Origin: Anaerolineales bacterium | GTDB lineage: Bacteria; Chloroflexota; Anaerolineae; Anaerolineales; UBA11579 | Direction of reading: 5' to 3' | NCBI GenBank assembly: GCA_040902205.1 | Contig: JBBDXR010000034.1 | Span: forward strand, 2,859 to 66,858 | DNA length: 64,000 nt | Part shown: one piece after another, positions 1 to 10,140 of the stretch | How positions within the stretch are numbered: the stretch's first letter is position 1 | Layout: each line of letters begins with the position of its first letter | Notes under the pieces: generated by a model | Told to the model about the DNA's origin: nothing | Database searches by the model: none | Seen by the model: only the letters and a program-made list of their open reading frames with translations | Position numbers and translations under genes: made by a program

Positions 1-317
1 TGCAATGGCTGGGCTCTTTGATGTCTTTCCTGTTCCTGGTCTTTGTGCTTACGATCTTCTATACGGCCTTTCCCAATCGTAGGGTGCCGCGGCGCCCGGC
101 GATCCTGGCCGGGCTCGTGGTGGGAGTCTCGCTCTTAGGGGCGCGCTTCCTCTTCGACCTGTTTCTCAATTCGACGGTCATAAATTACGGCACGGTCTAC
201 GGTTCTTTGGCCTGGATGGTCTCGTTGGCCCTGTGGGCTTACGTCGTGGCAACGCTGTTCCTGCTGGGAGCGGAGTTTGGCTCCGTTCTTGAGCTGGAAG
301 CAAAATCGGCCAGCTGA
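1..317 (+). CDS. YihY/BrkB-type membrane protein, C-terminal fragment (5' end outside window)
   Basis: Frame is open from the window edge to TGA at 315-317. The hydrophobic C-terminal sequence resembles the YihY/BrkB family. Confidence 0.65.
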   Translation, partial: QWLGSLMSFLFLVFVLTIFYTAFPNRRVPRRPAILAGLVVGVSLLGARFLFDLFLNSTVINYGTVYGSLAWMVSLALWAYVVATLFLLGAEFGSVLELEAKSAS

Positions 318-333
318 ATAGCGGCCGATTCAT

Positions 334-410
334 TGGGGTGGGTGACGGGACTTGAACCCGCAACCACCGCATCCACAGTGCGGTGCTCTGCCAGTTGAGC
401 TACACCCACC
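334..410 (-). tRNA. tRNA-His (anticodon GTG)
   Basis: The reverse complement folds as a cloverleaf: extra G-1 opposite C73, anticodon loop CTGTGGA, T-loop TTCAAGT, encoded CCA. Confidence 0.9.
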
Positions 411-482
411 AAGAAAAGCGATTTTATCATGCGAATATCTCCCCCGTCCCTTATAAAAAAGAGCAATCGGTTAGTCGGCTAA

Positions 483-1769
483 TCAGCCGCCCAGCAGGCT
501 TCGCAGACTGCTTGCCAAATCGCCTCGCGAGTAACTGTGTTGGTCACCAGACTGCAGATCCTTCACGCTCACCTCGTCCTTTTTGATCTCGTCCGGCCCC
601 AGAACCAGAACGAAGCGCGCGCCAACCCGGTCGGCCTGCTTGAACTGCTTCTGCAGTTTGTCGGCGCGCAGATGGCTGGTGACCTTGAGGCCGGCGGCGC
701 GCAACTCGGCCGCCAGGCTGATCGAGGCCAGCACGTGTTCGCTATCGAAGGCGGTGACATAGACGGGCGCCTCCGCTTTCAAGTCAGGTACATGGCCAAA
801 GGCCTGCAGCAGGAGGCTGATGACCACATTGCCCACGGCGAAGCCGACAGCGGGCACCGGGTCGCCGCCAACCGCGTTGACGAGGTCATCGTAGCGGCCG
901 CCGCCAAAGATGGCGCGGAATTCGCCGGCCGTGTCCCAGGCTTCGAGCACGGTGCCGGTGTAATAGTCGAGCCCGCGGATAATGTGCGGAGCGAACTTCA
1001 CATAATCATTGACGCCGTAAGCATCAATGGCCTTGAAGAAGCGCTGCAAGGTAGCCGACTTCTTCCACAGGTCCCGATCTTCGATAAGGCTGCGGATGCC
1101 CATGAGTTGGGCCGCATCCAAACCCAGGTCCTTGCCGCGCTGCAGCCAATCGGCCTCGCTAAGCTTGTCGCGCCGGTCGATGAGATTGAAGACTTCGAGG
1201 CGCAAGGCGGTCTGGACGCCAAGCGCTTCCAACTCCGACTGCATGAGTTGGCGGTTGTTGACCAGCACCTGGGTCTCGGTGGCGGCCAAGCCGACGGCTT
1301 TGAGAAAGGCGGCGGCAATGGCCGCCAGCTCGGCGTCCGCCTCGGGGCTATCGTCGCCGATCAGGTCGATGTTCCACTGGAAGAATTCGCGCGTGCGGCC
1401 TTTCTGGGGCTTTTCGTACCGCCAGAAGGGGCCAAAGGACCACCAGCGCAATGGGAAGGTGAGTTGCCGCTGGCGGGAGGCTACCATGCGCGCCAGGGTG
1501 GGGGTGAGTTCGGGGCGCAGGGTGATCTTCTCGCCGCCGCGGTCCTCGAAGACGTAGGACTGCTTCTCGACCAGCTCGGCGCTGGACTTGGCGGCGTAGA
1601 GCTCGAGGCGCTCCAGCATGGGGCCTTCGTATTCCTGGTAGCCAAAGGATTCGGAGACGGCGCGCATCTTGGAATACAGCCAGGTGCGCATGGCCATCTC
1701 TTCGGGGTAATAGTCCTGCGTGCCGCGTACCGGCTGGATGAGGGGGGACATGCGCGGTGATTTTAGCAT
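483..1769 (-). CDS. hisS: histidine--tRNA ligase
   Basis: 428-aa ORF with class II HisRS sequence (RGTQDYYPEE, FWRYEKPQKGRTREF, GGGRYDDL). The true start is possibly the ATG at 1751. Confidence 0.95.
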   Translation of the reverse strand: MLKSPRMSPLIQPVRGTQDYYPEEMAMRTWLYSKMRAVSESFGYQEYEGPMLERLELYAAKSSAELVEKQSYVFEDRGGEKITLRPELTPTLARMVASRQRQLTFPLRWWSFGPFWRYEKPQKGRTREFFQWNIDLIGDDSPEADAELAAIAAAFLKAVGLAATETQVLVNNRQLMQSELEALGVQTALRLEVFNLIDRRDKLSEADWLQRGKDLGLDAAQLMGIRSLIEDRDLWKKSATLQRFFKAIDAYGVNDYVKFAPHIIRGLDYYTGTVLEAWDTAGEFRAIFGGGRYDDLVNAVGGDPVPAVGFAVGNVVISLLLQAFGHVPDLKAEAPVYVTAFDSEHVLASISLAAELRAAGLKVTSHLRADKLQKQFKQADRVGARFVLVLGPDEIKKDEVSVKDLQSGDQHSYSRGDLASSLRSLLGG

Positions 1770-1852
1770 AGGGGGTTTGTTACCTTTGGTTTGCAGATGG
1801 GCAGACCCAGCAAGCGGTTGGCGGTAAAATTCCTGAATGCCCCGGAGGTCAC

Positions 1853-2629
1853 ATGAAGATCATTAGCTGGAACGTGAATGGATTGCGCTCTCACCTGAAA
1901 CCCGAAAAGGGAACCTGGAAATGGATCCGGGAGCAGAAGCCGGATGCGATCTGCCTGCAGGAACTAAAGGCCAAGCCGGAGCAACTCACCGATGCCCAGA
2001 TGGAGACCTTTAAGGGCTATACGGTGGCGTGGAACCCGGCGGAGAAACCGGGCTACAGCGGTGTGGCCACCATGGTGGCCAAGAAGACCAAGGAAGACAT
2101 CATCGGCTTCGGCGTGCCGCGCTTCGACAAAGAGGGCCGGGTTATTCAGACGCGCTTCGAGGACTTCGTGCTGCTGAACGTGTACTTCCCCAGCGGCACC
2201 ACGGGCATGGTGCGGGTGAAATTCAAGATGGAGTTCTATGAGGCGCTGCTCAAGCACATCAAGAAGCTGCAGAAGGCCGGCGAGCAACTGGTGATCACCG
2301 GCGATTTCAATACAGCGCATACGGAAATCGACCTGGCGCGGCCGAAGGAGAATCAGAGGACTTCCGGCTTTATGCCCGAGGAACGGGCTATGCTGGCGCG
2401 TTATTTCGAAGAGGCTGGGCTGGTGGACACCTTCCGAAAGCTGAACCCGGAAAAGGTGCAATACACCTGGTGGACGCAGCGCGCTCCGGCGGCGCGAAAG
2501 AACAATATCGGCTGGCGCATCGACTACTTCCTGGTATCCCTGGCGCAATTGCCGCGGGTCAAAGGCGTGACCATCTTCGATAAGGTGACCGGCTCGGACC
2601 ACTGTCCGTCCATGCTGGAGATCAAGTAA
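1853..2629 (+). CDS. xth: exodeoxyribonuclease III
   Basis: 258-aa ORF, MKIISWNVNGLR...SDHCP, typical of Xth/APE1-family endonucleases. GGAGG lies upstream of the ATG. Confidence 0.95.
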   Translation: MKIISWNVNGLRSHLKPEKGTWKWIREQKPDAICLQELKAKPEQLTDAQMETFKGYTVAWNPAEKPGYSGVATMVAKKTKEDIIGFGVPRFDKEGRVIQTRFEDFVLLNVYFPSGTTGMVRVKFKMEFYEALLKHIKKLQKAGEQLVITGDFNTAHTEIDLARPKENQRTSGFMPEERAMLARYFEEAGLVDTFRKLNPEKVQYTWWTQRAPAARKNNIGWRIDYFLVSLAQLPRVKGVTIFDKVTGSDHCPSMLEIK

Positions 2630-2645
2630 CAGGCAATAGATAGAG

Positions 2646-2670
2646 TAGGGGCGGGGTTACCCCGCCCCTA
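2646..2670. terminator. GC-rich perfect palindrome between convergent genes (putative bidirectional terminator hairpin)
   Basis: TAGGGGCGGGGTTACCCCGCCCCTA lies between the xth stop and the DUF255 gene stop. There is no clear T-run. Confidence 0.4.
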
Positions 2671-2674
2671 ACAC

Positions 2675-4714
2675 CTAGTTGGATAACAATTCCTTCAAAT
2701 CCCCTTCGGTGTTCACCGGCAGCTGGCACACAAAATTCCTGCACACATAGGCCGTCGGTTTGCCATCCTTGAGCGGCCGGTCAGCCAGCAAGGGCGGGCT
2801 GCCTGCAGGGGGAGGGAAGCCGGACATGGCGACGACATCGAAAGGCCGCCACTGTTTCCAAGTCTCATCAATTAACCTTATGGCGTCCTCTGTCTTGGGA
2901 TTGCCGACAACGGCGATCTCGCGGCCTTCGGCCAATGCGAAGTTCGCTGCGCATAGCCACATGCCAAATGCGGTCGGGTAGCGGCTAGCTGAAGGAAGGA
3001 TGATGGCGAGCATGCTCTCGGCCAGGTGGCGATGTTGGGCGCTGCCGCTGTACGTCGCAAGCTGCAAGAGACCCATGGCGGCCAGGGCGTTACCGCTAGG
3101 CGTGGCGTTATCCTGCTGATCCTTAGGGCGGGAGATCAGCGTTTCGTGGTCGTCGCGGGTATCGAAGAAGCCGCCCGCCGGGTCGCGGAAGTGGGCCAGC
3201 ATTTCGGCCGCCAGGCGCTCGGCTTCGGCATACCAACGCACGTCGGGTGCAGACTGGTAAAGGGCGAGCAGGCCAAGAATGAGGGCGGCGTAATCCTCCA
3301 GGTAGGCATTGTGCTCGGCGCGGCCGGACCGCCAGGAGCGCAGCAGGCGGTCACCCGGATGCAGCTCGCGCAACAAGAAGGCGGCATTGCGGCTGGCGAT
3401 GGCGGTGTAGTCCGGGCGGCGCAGATAGCGGCCGGCTTCCGCAAAAGCCAGCAGCATGAGCGCGTTCCATGAAGTGAGCACCTTATCGTCGGTAGCGGGC
3501 CGCACACGGCGGCCGCGGGCAGCCAGCAAGGCCGCCGCGGCCGAGGACAAGCGAGCCTTCACGGTTGCCGGATCACTATTGAACTCGCCGGCAAGCTCCT
3601 CATCCGATCTGGCGCGCTGCAGGATGCTGCCGTCTTCGAAGTTACCTTCTTTGGTTATCCCATATGCGGCTACGAATGAATCTCTAATCTCGTTATCTCC
3701 AATCTCGGCCTCTACCTCCTCCAGCGACCATACGTAGAACTTGCCCTCTTCGCCTTCGGAGTCGGCATCCAGGCTGCTGAGGAAGCCGCCCTGTTCGTTA
3801 CGCAGTTCTCGGGCGACGAAATCCAGGGTGCGCTCGCAGACCTCGCGCAGGGCTTCATCTCTAGTTACTAGATAGCCGTGCAAGTAGGCGCGGGCCAGTT
3901 GGGCGTTGTCGTACAGCATTTTTTCGAAATGCGGAACGAGCCAGAGTTCATCGACGCTGTAGCGGGCAAAGCCGCCGCCGACGACATCGTACATGCCGCC
4001 GCGGGCCATGGCGCGCAGGCAATGCACGGCCATAGCCTGCGCCAGCTTGTCGCCTTGCGTGGCGCGGCCGAGCAGGAAATCGATGGTCATGGGCTGCGGG
4101 AACTTAGGGGCGCCGCCCCAGCCGCCGTGGTTCCAATCGTAGGCCTGGGCCAGGGACATGATTGCGCGATCCAGCGCTTCAGGGTCCGGGCCGCCAGGTT
4201 GGCCGGCAGTGGGTTCGGCATGCTGCAAGTGCTGTTGCAATTGCCGGCCGGCCTCGAAGACCTTATCGCGCTGGCCCGACCACAAGTTGGACGCATGCTC
4301 AAGGATTTGGCGGAAGGAGGGCAGGCGGTGGCGCGGTTCGGGCGGAAAGTATGTGCCGCCCAGGAAGGGCTGGCCATTGGGCGTTAGGAAGACGCTCATG
4401 GGCCAGCCGCCGGAGCCGGTGAGGGCGACGACGGCGTTCATATAGATGCCGTCCAAGTCGGGACGCTCTTCGCGGTCCACCTTAATGTTCACAAAGTGCG
4501 CGTTCATGTAGGCGGCGGTCTCGGTGTCCTCGAAGGATTCGTGGGCCATCACATGGCACCAATGGCAGGCGGCATAGCCGATGCTGAGGAAGATGGGCTT
4601 ATCCTCGGCCACGGCGCGGGCCAGCGCCTGCGGCCCCCAGGGATACCAATCGACCGGGTTGTCCTGGTGTTGCAGCAGATAAGGCGAATTGGATTGGGCG
4701 AGGCGATTGGGCAT
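2675..4714 (-). CDS. thioredoxin-domain protein, DUF255/YyaL family
   Basis: 679-aa ORF. The N-terminus [18 protein letters not shown]...CHWCHVM is typical of DUF255, and the remainder resembles an epimerase-like alpha-toroid. Confidence 0.9.
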   Translation of the reverse strand: MPNRLAQSNSPYLLQHQDNPVDWYPWGPQALARAVAEDKPIFLSIGYAACHWCHVMAHESFEDTETAAYMNAHFVNIKVDREERPDLDGIYMNAVVALTGSGGWPMSVFLTPNGQPFLGGTYFPPEPRHRLPSFRQILEHASNLWSGQRDKVFEAGRQLQQHLQHAEPTAGQPGGPDPEALDRAIMSLAQAYDWNHGGWGGAPKFPQPMTIDFLLGRATQGDKLAQAMAVHCLRAMARGGMYDVVGGGFARYSVDELWLVPHFEKMLYDNAQLARAYLHGYLVTRDEALREVCERTLDFVARELRNEQGGFLSSLDADSEGEEGKFYVWSLEEVEAEIGDNEIRDSFVAAYGITKEGNFEDGSILQRARSDEELAGEFNSDPATVKARLSSAAAALLAARGRRVRPATDDKVLTSWNALMLLAFAEAGRYLRRPDYTAIASRNAAFLLRELHPGDRLLRSWRSGRAEHNAYLEDYAALILGLLALYQSAPDVRWYAEAERLAAEMLAHFRDPAGGFFDTRDDHETLISRPKDQQDNATPSGNALAAMGLLQLATYSGSAQHRHLAESMLAIILPSASRYPTAFGMWLCAANFALAEGREIAVVGNPKTEDAIRLIDETWKQWRPFDVVAMSGFPPPAGSPPLLADRPLKDGKPTAYVCRNFVCQLPVNTEGDLKELLSN

Positions 4715-4720
4715 TTCGGT

Positions 4721-5470
4721 CTAGTGCGCCTCGTCTATTAAGCGTCCGTCATCTGCGGCGAGCTTCCAAGCCAAAGTGTGGAAATTGGACTCGATGTGCT
4801 TTCGATCTGAGGAACGCGGAATGACAATCATCCCTTTGTTCATCAGCCAATTTAGCAGCACTTCTTCGCGGGAGACCTTGTACTTCGCGGCGAGGCTCGC
4901 GAGCACACGCTCCTGTTGAGGAGTTCCCTTCTCAAGCGGGCTGTAGGCGGTCACGGTGACCTGGTGGCTGATGCAGAAGGTCAGGATATCTTGTGGCTGA
5001 TGATTCAAGTTGTATTCGATCTGGTTGTTGACAATAGGGATGCCGGTGTCCAAACATTCCTGGACCAGGTCGACATCGAAATTGGAAACGCCCAAGCTGC
5101 GCACCTTGCGAGCCTGGCGCGCCGTATCCATGGCGCCTAGAGTCTCGGAGAGCGGTGTATTGCCGGGCCAGTGGATGAGCAAGAGGTCGATGTAGTCTGT
5201 GCCGAGCTCGGTGAGGAAGCGATCCACGGCCGGGCCAACGCGTTGCGCCGAAAGGCTATGGCTCCATAGCTTCGTGGTGATGAAGACTTGATCGCGTGGA
5301 ATTCCGCTATGCGGGAGGGCTTCGGCAATGTATCCATGGCTGCCGTAGATGTCGGCGGTATCTAAATGGCGGTACCCGGTGCGCAAGGCGTGCAGTATGG
5401 ATTGGGTGGCGGAGCGACCCAGTCCATACGTGCCGAAGCCCATTGGTGGGATGTGGCTAGCGTTGCTCAA
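4721..5470 (-). CDS. aldo/keto reductase
   Basis: 249-aa ORF with AKR motifs (GFGTYGL, HLDTADIYG, LLIHWP). Apparent TTG start. Confidence 0.88.
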   Translation of the reverse strand: MSNASHIPPMGFGTYGLGRSATQSILHALRTGYRHLDTADIYGSHGYIAEALPHSGIPRDQVFITTKLWSHSLSAQRVGPAVDRFLTELGTDYIDLLLIHWPGNTPLSETLGAMDTARQARKVRSLGVSNFDVDLVQECLDTGIPIVNNQIEYNLNHQPQDILTFCISHQVTVTAYSPLEKGTPQQERVLASLAAKYKVSREEVLLNWLMNKGMIVIPRSSDRKHIESNFHTLAWKLAADDGRLIDEAH

Positions 5471-5571
5471 TGGCAGAGACGGTTTGTTTCAGGTTCGTTC
5501 TCTAGGCGAAGGGGAATCCACTTTGGCCGGTTGCTGAATCGGATCGCAAAATCCCCTGGCTGGGGATGCCC

Positions 5572-5799
5572 TTAATCAGCCGCGGATTTCGGTGGCGGGA
5601 TTTCCAACTTGTCTTTCGGCGTCTGGATGAATTTGTCGCCCACTTCGATCAGCATGACGGGGATGTCATCGATGACCGGATATTTGCGTCCGCATTCTTT
5701 GCAGATGAACCAGGCATCCTTGTAGAACTCCAGCTCGCCTTCGCTGGCCTGGACGCAATGGGGGCAACGCAGGATCTCGATAAGTTCTTTACTGACCAT
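5572..5799 (-). CDS. Trm112-family small zinc-ribbon protein
   Basis: 75 aa with LRCPHC...CKECGRKYPVIDDIPVML, the Trm112/UPF0434 signature. Confidence 0.8.
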   Translation of the reverse strand: MVSKELIEILRCPHCVQASEGELEFYKDAWFICKECGRKYPVIDDIPVMLIEVGDKFIQTPKDKLEIPPPKSAAD

Positions 5800-5820
5800 A
5801 TAGTCTCCTATCGGTTGACT

Positions 5821-7170
5821 TCATTTTACTGCCTCAATGCGCGCCCCCAGGCTGCGCAGGCTGGATTCCAAATTCTCGTAGCCGCGGGTGATGTGGCCGA
5901 TGCCGTGGATGGTGGACTTGCCCTTGGCCATGATGGCGGCGATCAGGTATGTGAAGCCGGCGCGCAGATCGGGAACGGTGATCTGGGCGGCTTCGAGCTG
6001 GGTGGGTCCTTTGATTACGGCGCTGTGCTGGTACTGGCTGGCGTCGAAACGGCAGCGATGGCCCAGGCAGGAGTCGAAGAGGGCGATCTCGGCTCCCATC
6101 AGCTGCAAGGCGCTCACATAGCCGAAGCGGTCTTCGAAGACGGTTTCGTGGACAACGGACATGCCTTCGGCCTGGGTGAGCAATAGCAGAAAGGGGGATT
6201 GCCAATCGGTCATGAAGCCAGGGTGTACGCTGGTTTCCAGGTGGATGGCTTTTAGAGTTCCATTGTGGAAGAAGCGGATGCCGTCCTCCTGCACTTCGAA
6301 GAGGCCGCCGACGCGGCGCAGCGTGTTCAGGAAGGTCAGCAGGTCTTGCTGGCGCGCGTTCTTCACGAAGACGTCGCCGCCGGTGGCCACCGCCGCGGCG
6401 CCCAGGGAGGCCGCCACGATGCGGTCCGGCAGGAGGCGATGGCTGGCCCCGGTTAGCGTGCCGACGCCCTCGACGACGAACGTACGATCCACTTTGTAAT
6501 CGATGATGGCGCCCATCTTCTGCAAATAGATCACCAGGTCCATGACTTCAGGCTCGATGGCTGCGTTGCGGATGGTGGTGCGCCCTTTGGCCAGCGTAGC
6601 CGTCATCAGCAGATTCTCGGTGGTGGTGACGCTGGGGTAGGGAAGCTCGATCTCGGCGCCGTGCAGGCCGTCGGCTTCGATGACGTAAAGGCCGCCTTCG
6701 GTTCGAACGCGGGCGCCCATTTTCTTGACGCCTTCGAGGTGGAAATTCACCGGCCGCGGCCCGATCTGGTCCCCGCCCGCAGCGGCCGGGATGAGGGCGC
6801 GACCGCGGCGGTGGAGCAGCGGACCCATCATCATGATGGCGAGGCGATTCCGGTTGCCCAATTCCTTGATGATCTCGTCGCTGGTGAAGGAGGGGGTATG
6901 CACTTCTAAGCGGTGAGCGCTCTCGCTCTTGAAGCGCGCCCCCACGGATTCGCACATCTCCTGCGTGATATGACGGTCGCCGATATCGGGTACGTTGGCG
7001 AAGTGGCTGGGTTGATCGCTGAGCATGGAAGCCACTAACAGCTTGGTGATAGAGTTCTTGGCGCCGCTAACGGCGATCTCGCCGCGCAGCGGGGCGCCGC
7101 CCTCGATGGTCCAAGTGCTTTGCACAGTCGGCAGGGGCGCGGTCTTGCTGCGCGTGGCGGCGCCGCGCAT
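5821..7170 (-). CDS. murA: UDP-N-acetylglucosamine 1-carboxyvinyltransferase
   Basis: MurA-like sequence (GEIAVSGAKNS...). I place the start at ATG 7170, 1 nt after the stop of the upstream gene. The longer ORF to 7296 overlaps that gene. Confidence 0.95.
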   Translation of the reverse strand: MRGAATRSKTAPLPTVQSTWTIEGGAPLRGEIAVSGAKNSITKLLVASMLSDQPSHFANVPDIGDRHITQEMCESVGARFKSESAHRLEVHTPSFTSDEIIKELGNRNRLAIMMMGPLLHRRGRALIPAAAGGDQIGPRPVNFHLEGVKKMGARVRTEGGLYVIEADGLHGAEIELPYPSVTTTENLLMTATLAKGRTTIRNAAIEPEVMDLVIYLQKMGAIIDYKVDRTFVVEGVGTLTGASHRLLPDRIVAASLGAAAVATGGDVFVKNARQQDLLTFLNTLRRVGGLFEVQEDGIRFFHNGTLKAIHLETSVHPGFMTDWQSPFLLLLTQAEGMSVVHETVFEDRFGYVSALQLMGAEIALFDSCLGHRCRFDASQYQHSAVIKGPTQLEAAQITVPDLRAGFTYLIAAIMAKGKSTIHGIGHITRGYENLESSLRSLGARIEAVK

Positions 7171-7171
7171 T

Positions 7172-9052
7172 TTAGTCGTCTTGCCCCTTGACTTGTTTAG
7201 GAGGCATGTTTGCGGTGCCGGGCCCGTACTGATAAATATCCGGCCAGGCTTGGTATTGGGTTGCGAAGATATCCTCGTAAAGCAACACGCCGTCACGATA
7301 GACGCGACGGAACCAAGTCACGTCGGCGCCCTTCACAGCCCAGTCCACTTGCTTCACTTCTCCCTTGCTTAATTCCGGGTTCTCTTCATAGCGCGTATCC
7401 GGCGGATCGGTGATGTTATCGATGCCGCTGCTCTGCGCTTCAACGGTGCGGCCATCACTGGTGGAATAGAATTTCCACGTGATGGATCCCGATTCGACGT
7501 AGGTTTCCATCAGCAGCCAGTAGGGCGTGTCGTTCTGGAATTTAAAATCGACAATGGGCGCGAACACGGTGGCATCCAGGCCTACCAAGCCGGGGTCGAT
7601 CTGGTTGGCCGAGTTGCGCTCGTAATATCCCACGCGGTAGGCGTGCGGCCAGCGTTCGACGATGGGGAAGCCGGCAAAGAACGCGGCGCGGAACAAGGTG
7701 GTACTCACCTGGCAAACGCCGCCGCCGACGCCCTTGATGGTGCGATCGCCGAAGATGATCAGCGCTTCGGCGAAGCCGGATTCCAAGCTGATGTCTCCGA
7801 TGTTGTCCACCATCGAGAACACCGCCCCAGGGGGAACCAGCAGGCCATGGAAACGTTCTGCGGCGGTGGTGATGTTTTGGATGCGCGCCGGGGCCGAACC
7901 GTAGAAGTAGGTGGATTCCTGATGAACTAACTGGGTAATGCCCAGCTCGGCGGCGGTCACGTTATCGCCGACCTCTGGGTCCGAATAGTCGTACTGTAGT
8001 TCCACTTGATGGGTGCCCTCGCCGATCTGCTCATTGATGTGGTCGATGCTGGCCTGCAAATCAAGCGTGCGGCCGACAATTGCCGGCTTGTAAATATCGA
8101 GTTGCGCGGTTTCATCGTTGAAGATGAACCGCGCATTGCGCGGCGTTGCAGCGACCTGCGGGCCTAGATCCGCAACAAAAGCGCCCAGCTGTTGCGCGTC
8201 GAGACCGATCTGGTAATGGGCGCGAGTCTCGCCCTCCACGCGCTCCACGCTTAGCATGCCCGCCAGCGTCTCAGGAGAAAGGGTCCACGGTTCGGGATTG
8301 TCTTCGTAAGAGCCGCCAGGAAGAATTGCAAGGGGCTGGGTCAGCAGATTCTGGGCGATGGCGGCTTGGGCGCTGGCATCCAGGATACGCGGCGGGGCTT
8401 CAATGACTGCAAGGGGAACTTCGATGTCCTGCATCAGCAGGAGTTGGGCGGCCAACCAGTCAGCGGTCTTTTGGGTATCCAGCGTGAGCCCGATCTGCCC
8501 GGGCTGCACGGCGATCTGTAAGCCGGACACGGAGAGTTGTGCTTCGATGGTCGGTCGGTTCAGTTCGGCGGCAATGCGCTGCAATGCGCGGTAAGCCGCC
8601 TGGCCATCGAAAACCAGTCGCGGAGCAAGCTCCGCACCACCCTGTAGCGATTGGGCCTTGCCGGCGATGTTCTCCCAGGGCCAAAGGCTGCGGCCGAAGC
8701 CATAGGCAGCGCCGGCGCTGGCTTCCGCATCTAAGCGCAAGCCCAGTTCCGCGGGCGTGAAGGTCCAGACGCGCTCGCCGTAGCGCAAGGTGACGTGGCC
8801 GGTGGTGGGGAAACTAAATTGCCGGGCTAGGAGGGCGACCGCTTCCGTTCGGCGCATGCCGCCGAGGTCCAGCCCGGCCATGCGCACGCCGGGCAAGATG
8901 CGGCCAAGGTAAGCCAGGCTGAAGATTGTGGAGAAGACGAGCGCGGCCAACGCGGCTAAACCAACGGCCGCGGCCAGCATCACTCCCGACTTGGCGAGGA
9001 TACTTGGCTTGGCTAGCTCGAGGGGCGGCTGGGCCATTGGCTGGGTCACCAT
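7172..9052 (-). CDS. VanW-family protein with N-terminal membrane anchor
   Basis: 626 aa with an N-terminal TM segment and the VanW core GGGVCQVSTTLFRAAFFAGFPIVERWPHAYRVGYY. Confidence 0.85.
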   Translation of the reverse strand: MVTQPMAQPPLELAKPSILAKSGVMLAAAVGLAALAALVFSTIFSLAYLGRILPGVRMAGLDLGGMRRTEAVALLARQFSFPTTGHVTLRYGERVWTFTPAELGLRLDAEASAGAAYGFGRSLWPWENIAGKAQSLQGGAELAPRLVFDGQAAYRALQRIAAELNRPTIEAQLSVSGLQIAVQPGQIGLTLDTQKTADWLAAQLLLMQDIEVPLAVIEAPPRILDASAQAAIAQNLLTQPLAILPGGSYEDNPEPWTLSPETLAGMLSVERVEGETRAHYQIGLDAQQLGAFVADLGPQVAATPRNARFIFNDETAQLDIYKPAIVGRTLDLQASIDHINEQIGEGTHQVELQYDYSDPEVGDNVTAAELGITQLVHQESTYFYGSAPARIQNITTAAERFHGLLVPPGAVFSMVDNIGDISLESGFAEALIIFGDRTIKGVGGGVCQVSTTLFRAAFFAGFPIVERWPHAYRVGYYERNSANQIDPGLVGLDATVFAPIVDFKFQNDTPYWLLMETYVESGSITWKFYSTSDGRTVEAQSSGIDNITDPPDTRYEENPELSKGEVKQVDWAVKGADVTWFRRVYRDGVLLYEDIFATQYQAWPDIYQYGPGTANMPPKQVKGQDD

Positions 9053-9181
9053 AGCGCAAGGATTTTACCCGCATCCGATGCATCAGAAAGCGATTCCTGT
9101 GGGTCTTGTATAATTTGCCGGTGAAGGCCAAGGCACTTGGCCAATAATGCTGCCGATTCCCTTCGGCCAAGTGACACCTAG

Positions 9182-10090
9182 ATGAGACCCCCACTAATCC
9201 AGAGAGTTACCCGAAAACTTGGACGCATAGGTGCCACGACCGTTTATCGCATAACAGGTCGCTGGGATGAGGATTTTAATCCTATCTTCGTATGCGGCGC
9301 ATCTGGAGCAGGCACTTCCTTATTGCGAGGCTTATTGGACCAGAATTTCGACGTAGCGGCCTCACTAGTGGAAAGCGCCCGGAGCGTGGCGGAGGACTCC
9401 ACACTTTATGTAGGTCCCGCACACCATTATGGAAATATCGATGAATATTTGCAGGCTTTATATTTTCCTTCTGGGACTACTGTGGATCAAGTTCGAGAAG
9501 ACAGTTTGTCGCTTTACCGCCGTTTCGTTCGGCACCCGAAGCGCTCTTCGGTCGTCATTGATAAATCAGCTAATTCGCATTTGGTGCGGGCTGAGCATCT
9601 GGCGGCGGCTTTCCCCCCCGGGCGCTTCATCCTTATTTTGCGCAACCCCATCACTACCATCGAAGGATTTCGACGAAAATGGCATTTGTTTATGAATGCC
9701 GATTTAACCGAATTATGTGATTTTTGGTTGGAATTGCACCGCACCTTTCTTCAGCAAAGCGTTGCATTTTCGGATAGGGTTATCGGTCTTACATTTGACG
9801 ACCTAATGCGCGATTCGGTGAGCAATGTTCAATGGATTGGGCAATGGGCAGATCTCGCGCCCAGGAGGGAAAAATATCCATATCAGGATGAATCTAATAA
9901 GCCGGGAAGGGGACTGCGAAATGTAGTCCAGGGCGAGATCCGCGTTGACGAAAGCGCGGAGCAAGATTCGTTATCACGAATATCCGCTTCCGACAAAGAG
10001 ACGATTCAAGAACGAATAGGGGATACCTATCAGGATTTAATCGATCACATCGCTGACTGGAAAAACATGGCTGAGAAGCCCGAAAGGTAA
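9182..10090 (+). CDS. sulfotransferase-family protein
   Basis: 302 aa with a PAPS-binding-loop-like CGASGAGTSLLRGLL and a later ILILRNP motif. Visibly lower GC than its neighbours. Confidence 0.7.
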   Translation: MRPPLIQRVTRKLGRIGATTVYRITGRWDEDFNPIFVCGASGAGTSLLRGLLDQNFDVAASLVESARSVAEDSTLYVGPAHHYGNIDEYLQALYFPSGTTVDQVREDSLSLYRRFVRHPKRSSVVIDKSANSHLVRAEHLAAAFPPGRFILILRNPITTIEGFRRKWHLFMNADLTELCDFWLELHRTFLQQSVAFSDRVIGLTFDDLMRDSVSNVQWIGQWADLAPRREKYPYQDESNKPGRGLRNVVQGEIRVDESAEQDSLSRISASDKETIQERIGDTYQDLIDHIADWKNMAEKPER

Positions 10091-10140
10091 TAATACACGG
10101 TACAGCAAGCTCTCTTGAAATGCATCCCAGCGGTTTGGAT

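Noticed and set aside
537-1760. 407-aa ORF on the plus strand, opposite hisS
   Set aside because: This is an antisense shadow ORF in GC-rich DNA. It has a low-complexity Ala/Gly/Arg-rich translation, whereas the opposite strand encodes an unmistakable HisRS.
7171-7296. N-terminal 42-codon extension of murA
   Set aside because: It overlaps the 3' end of the VanW gene. The ATG at 7170 sits 1 nt after that gene's stop and gives a normal MurA N-terminus.
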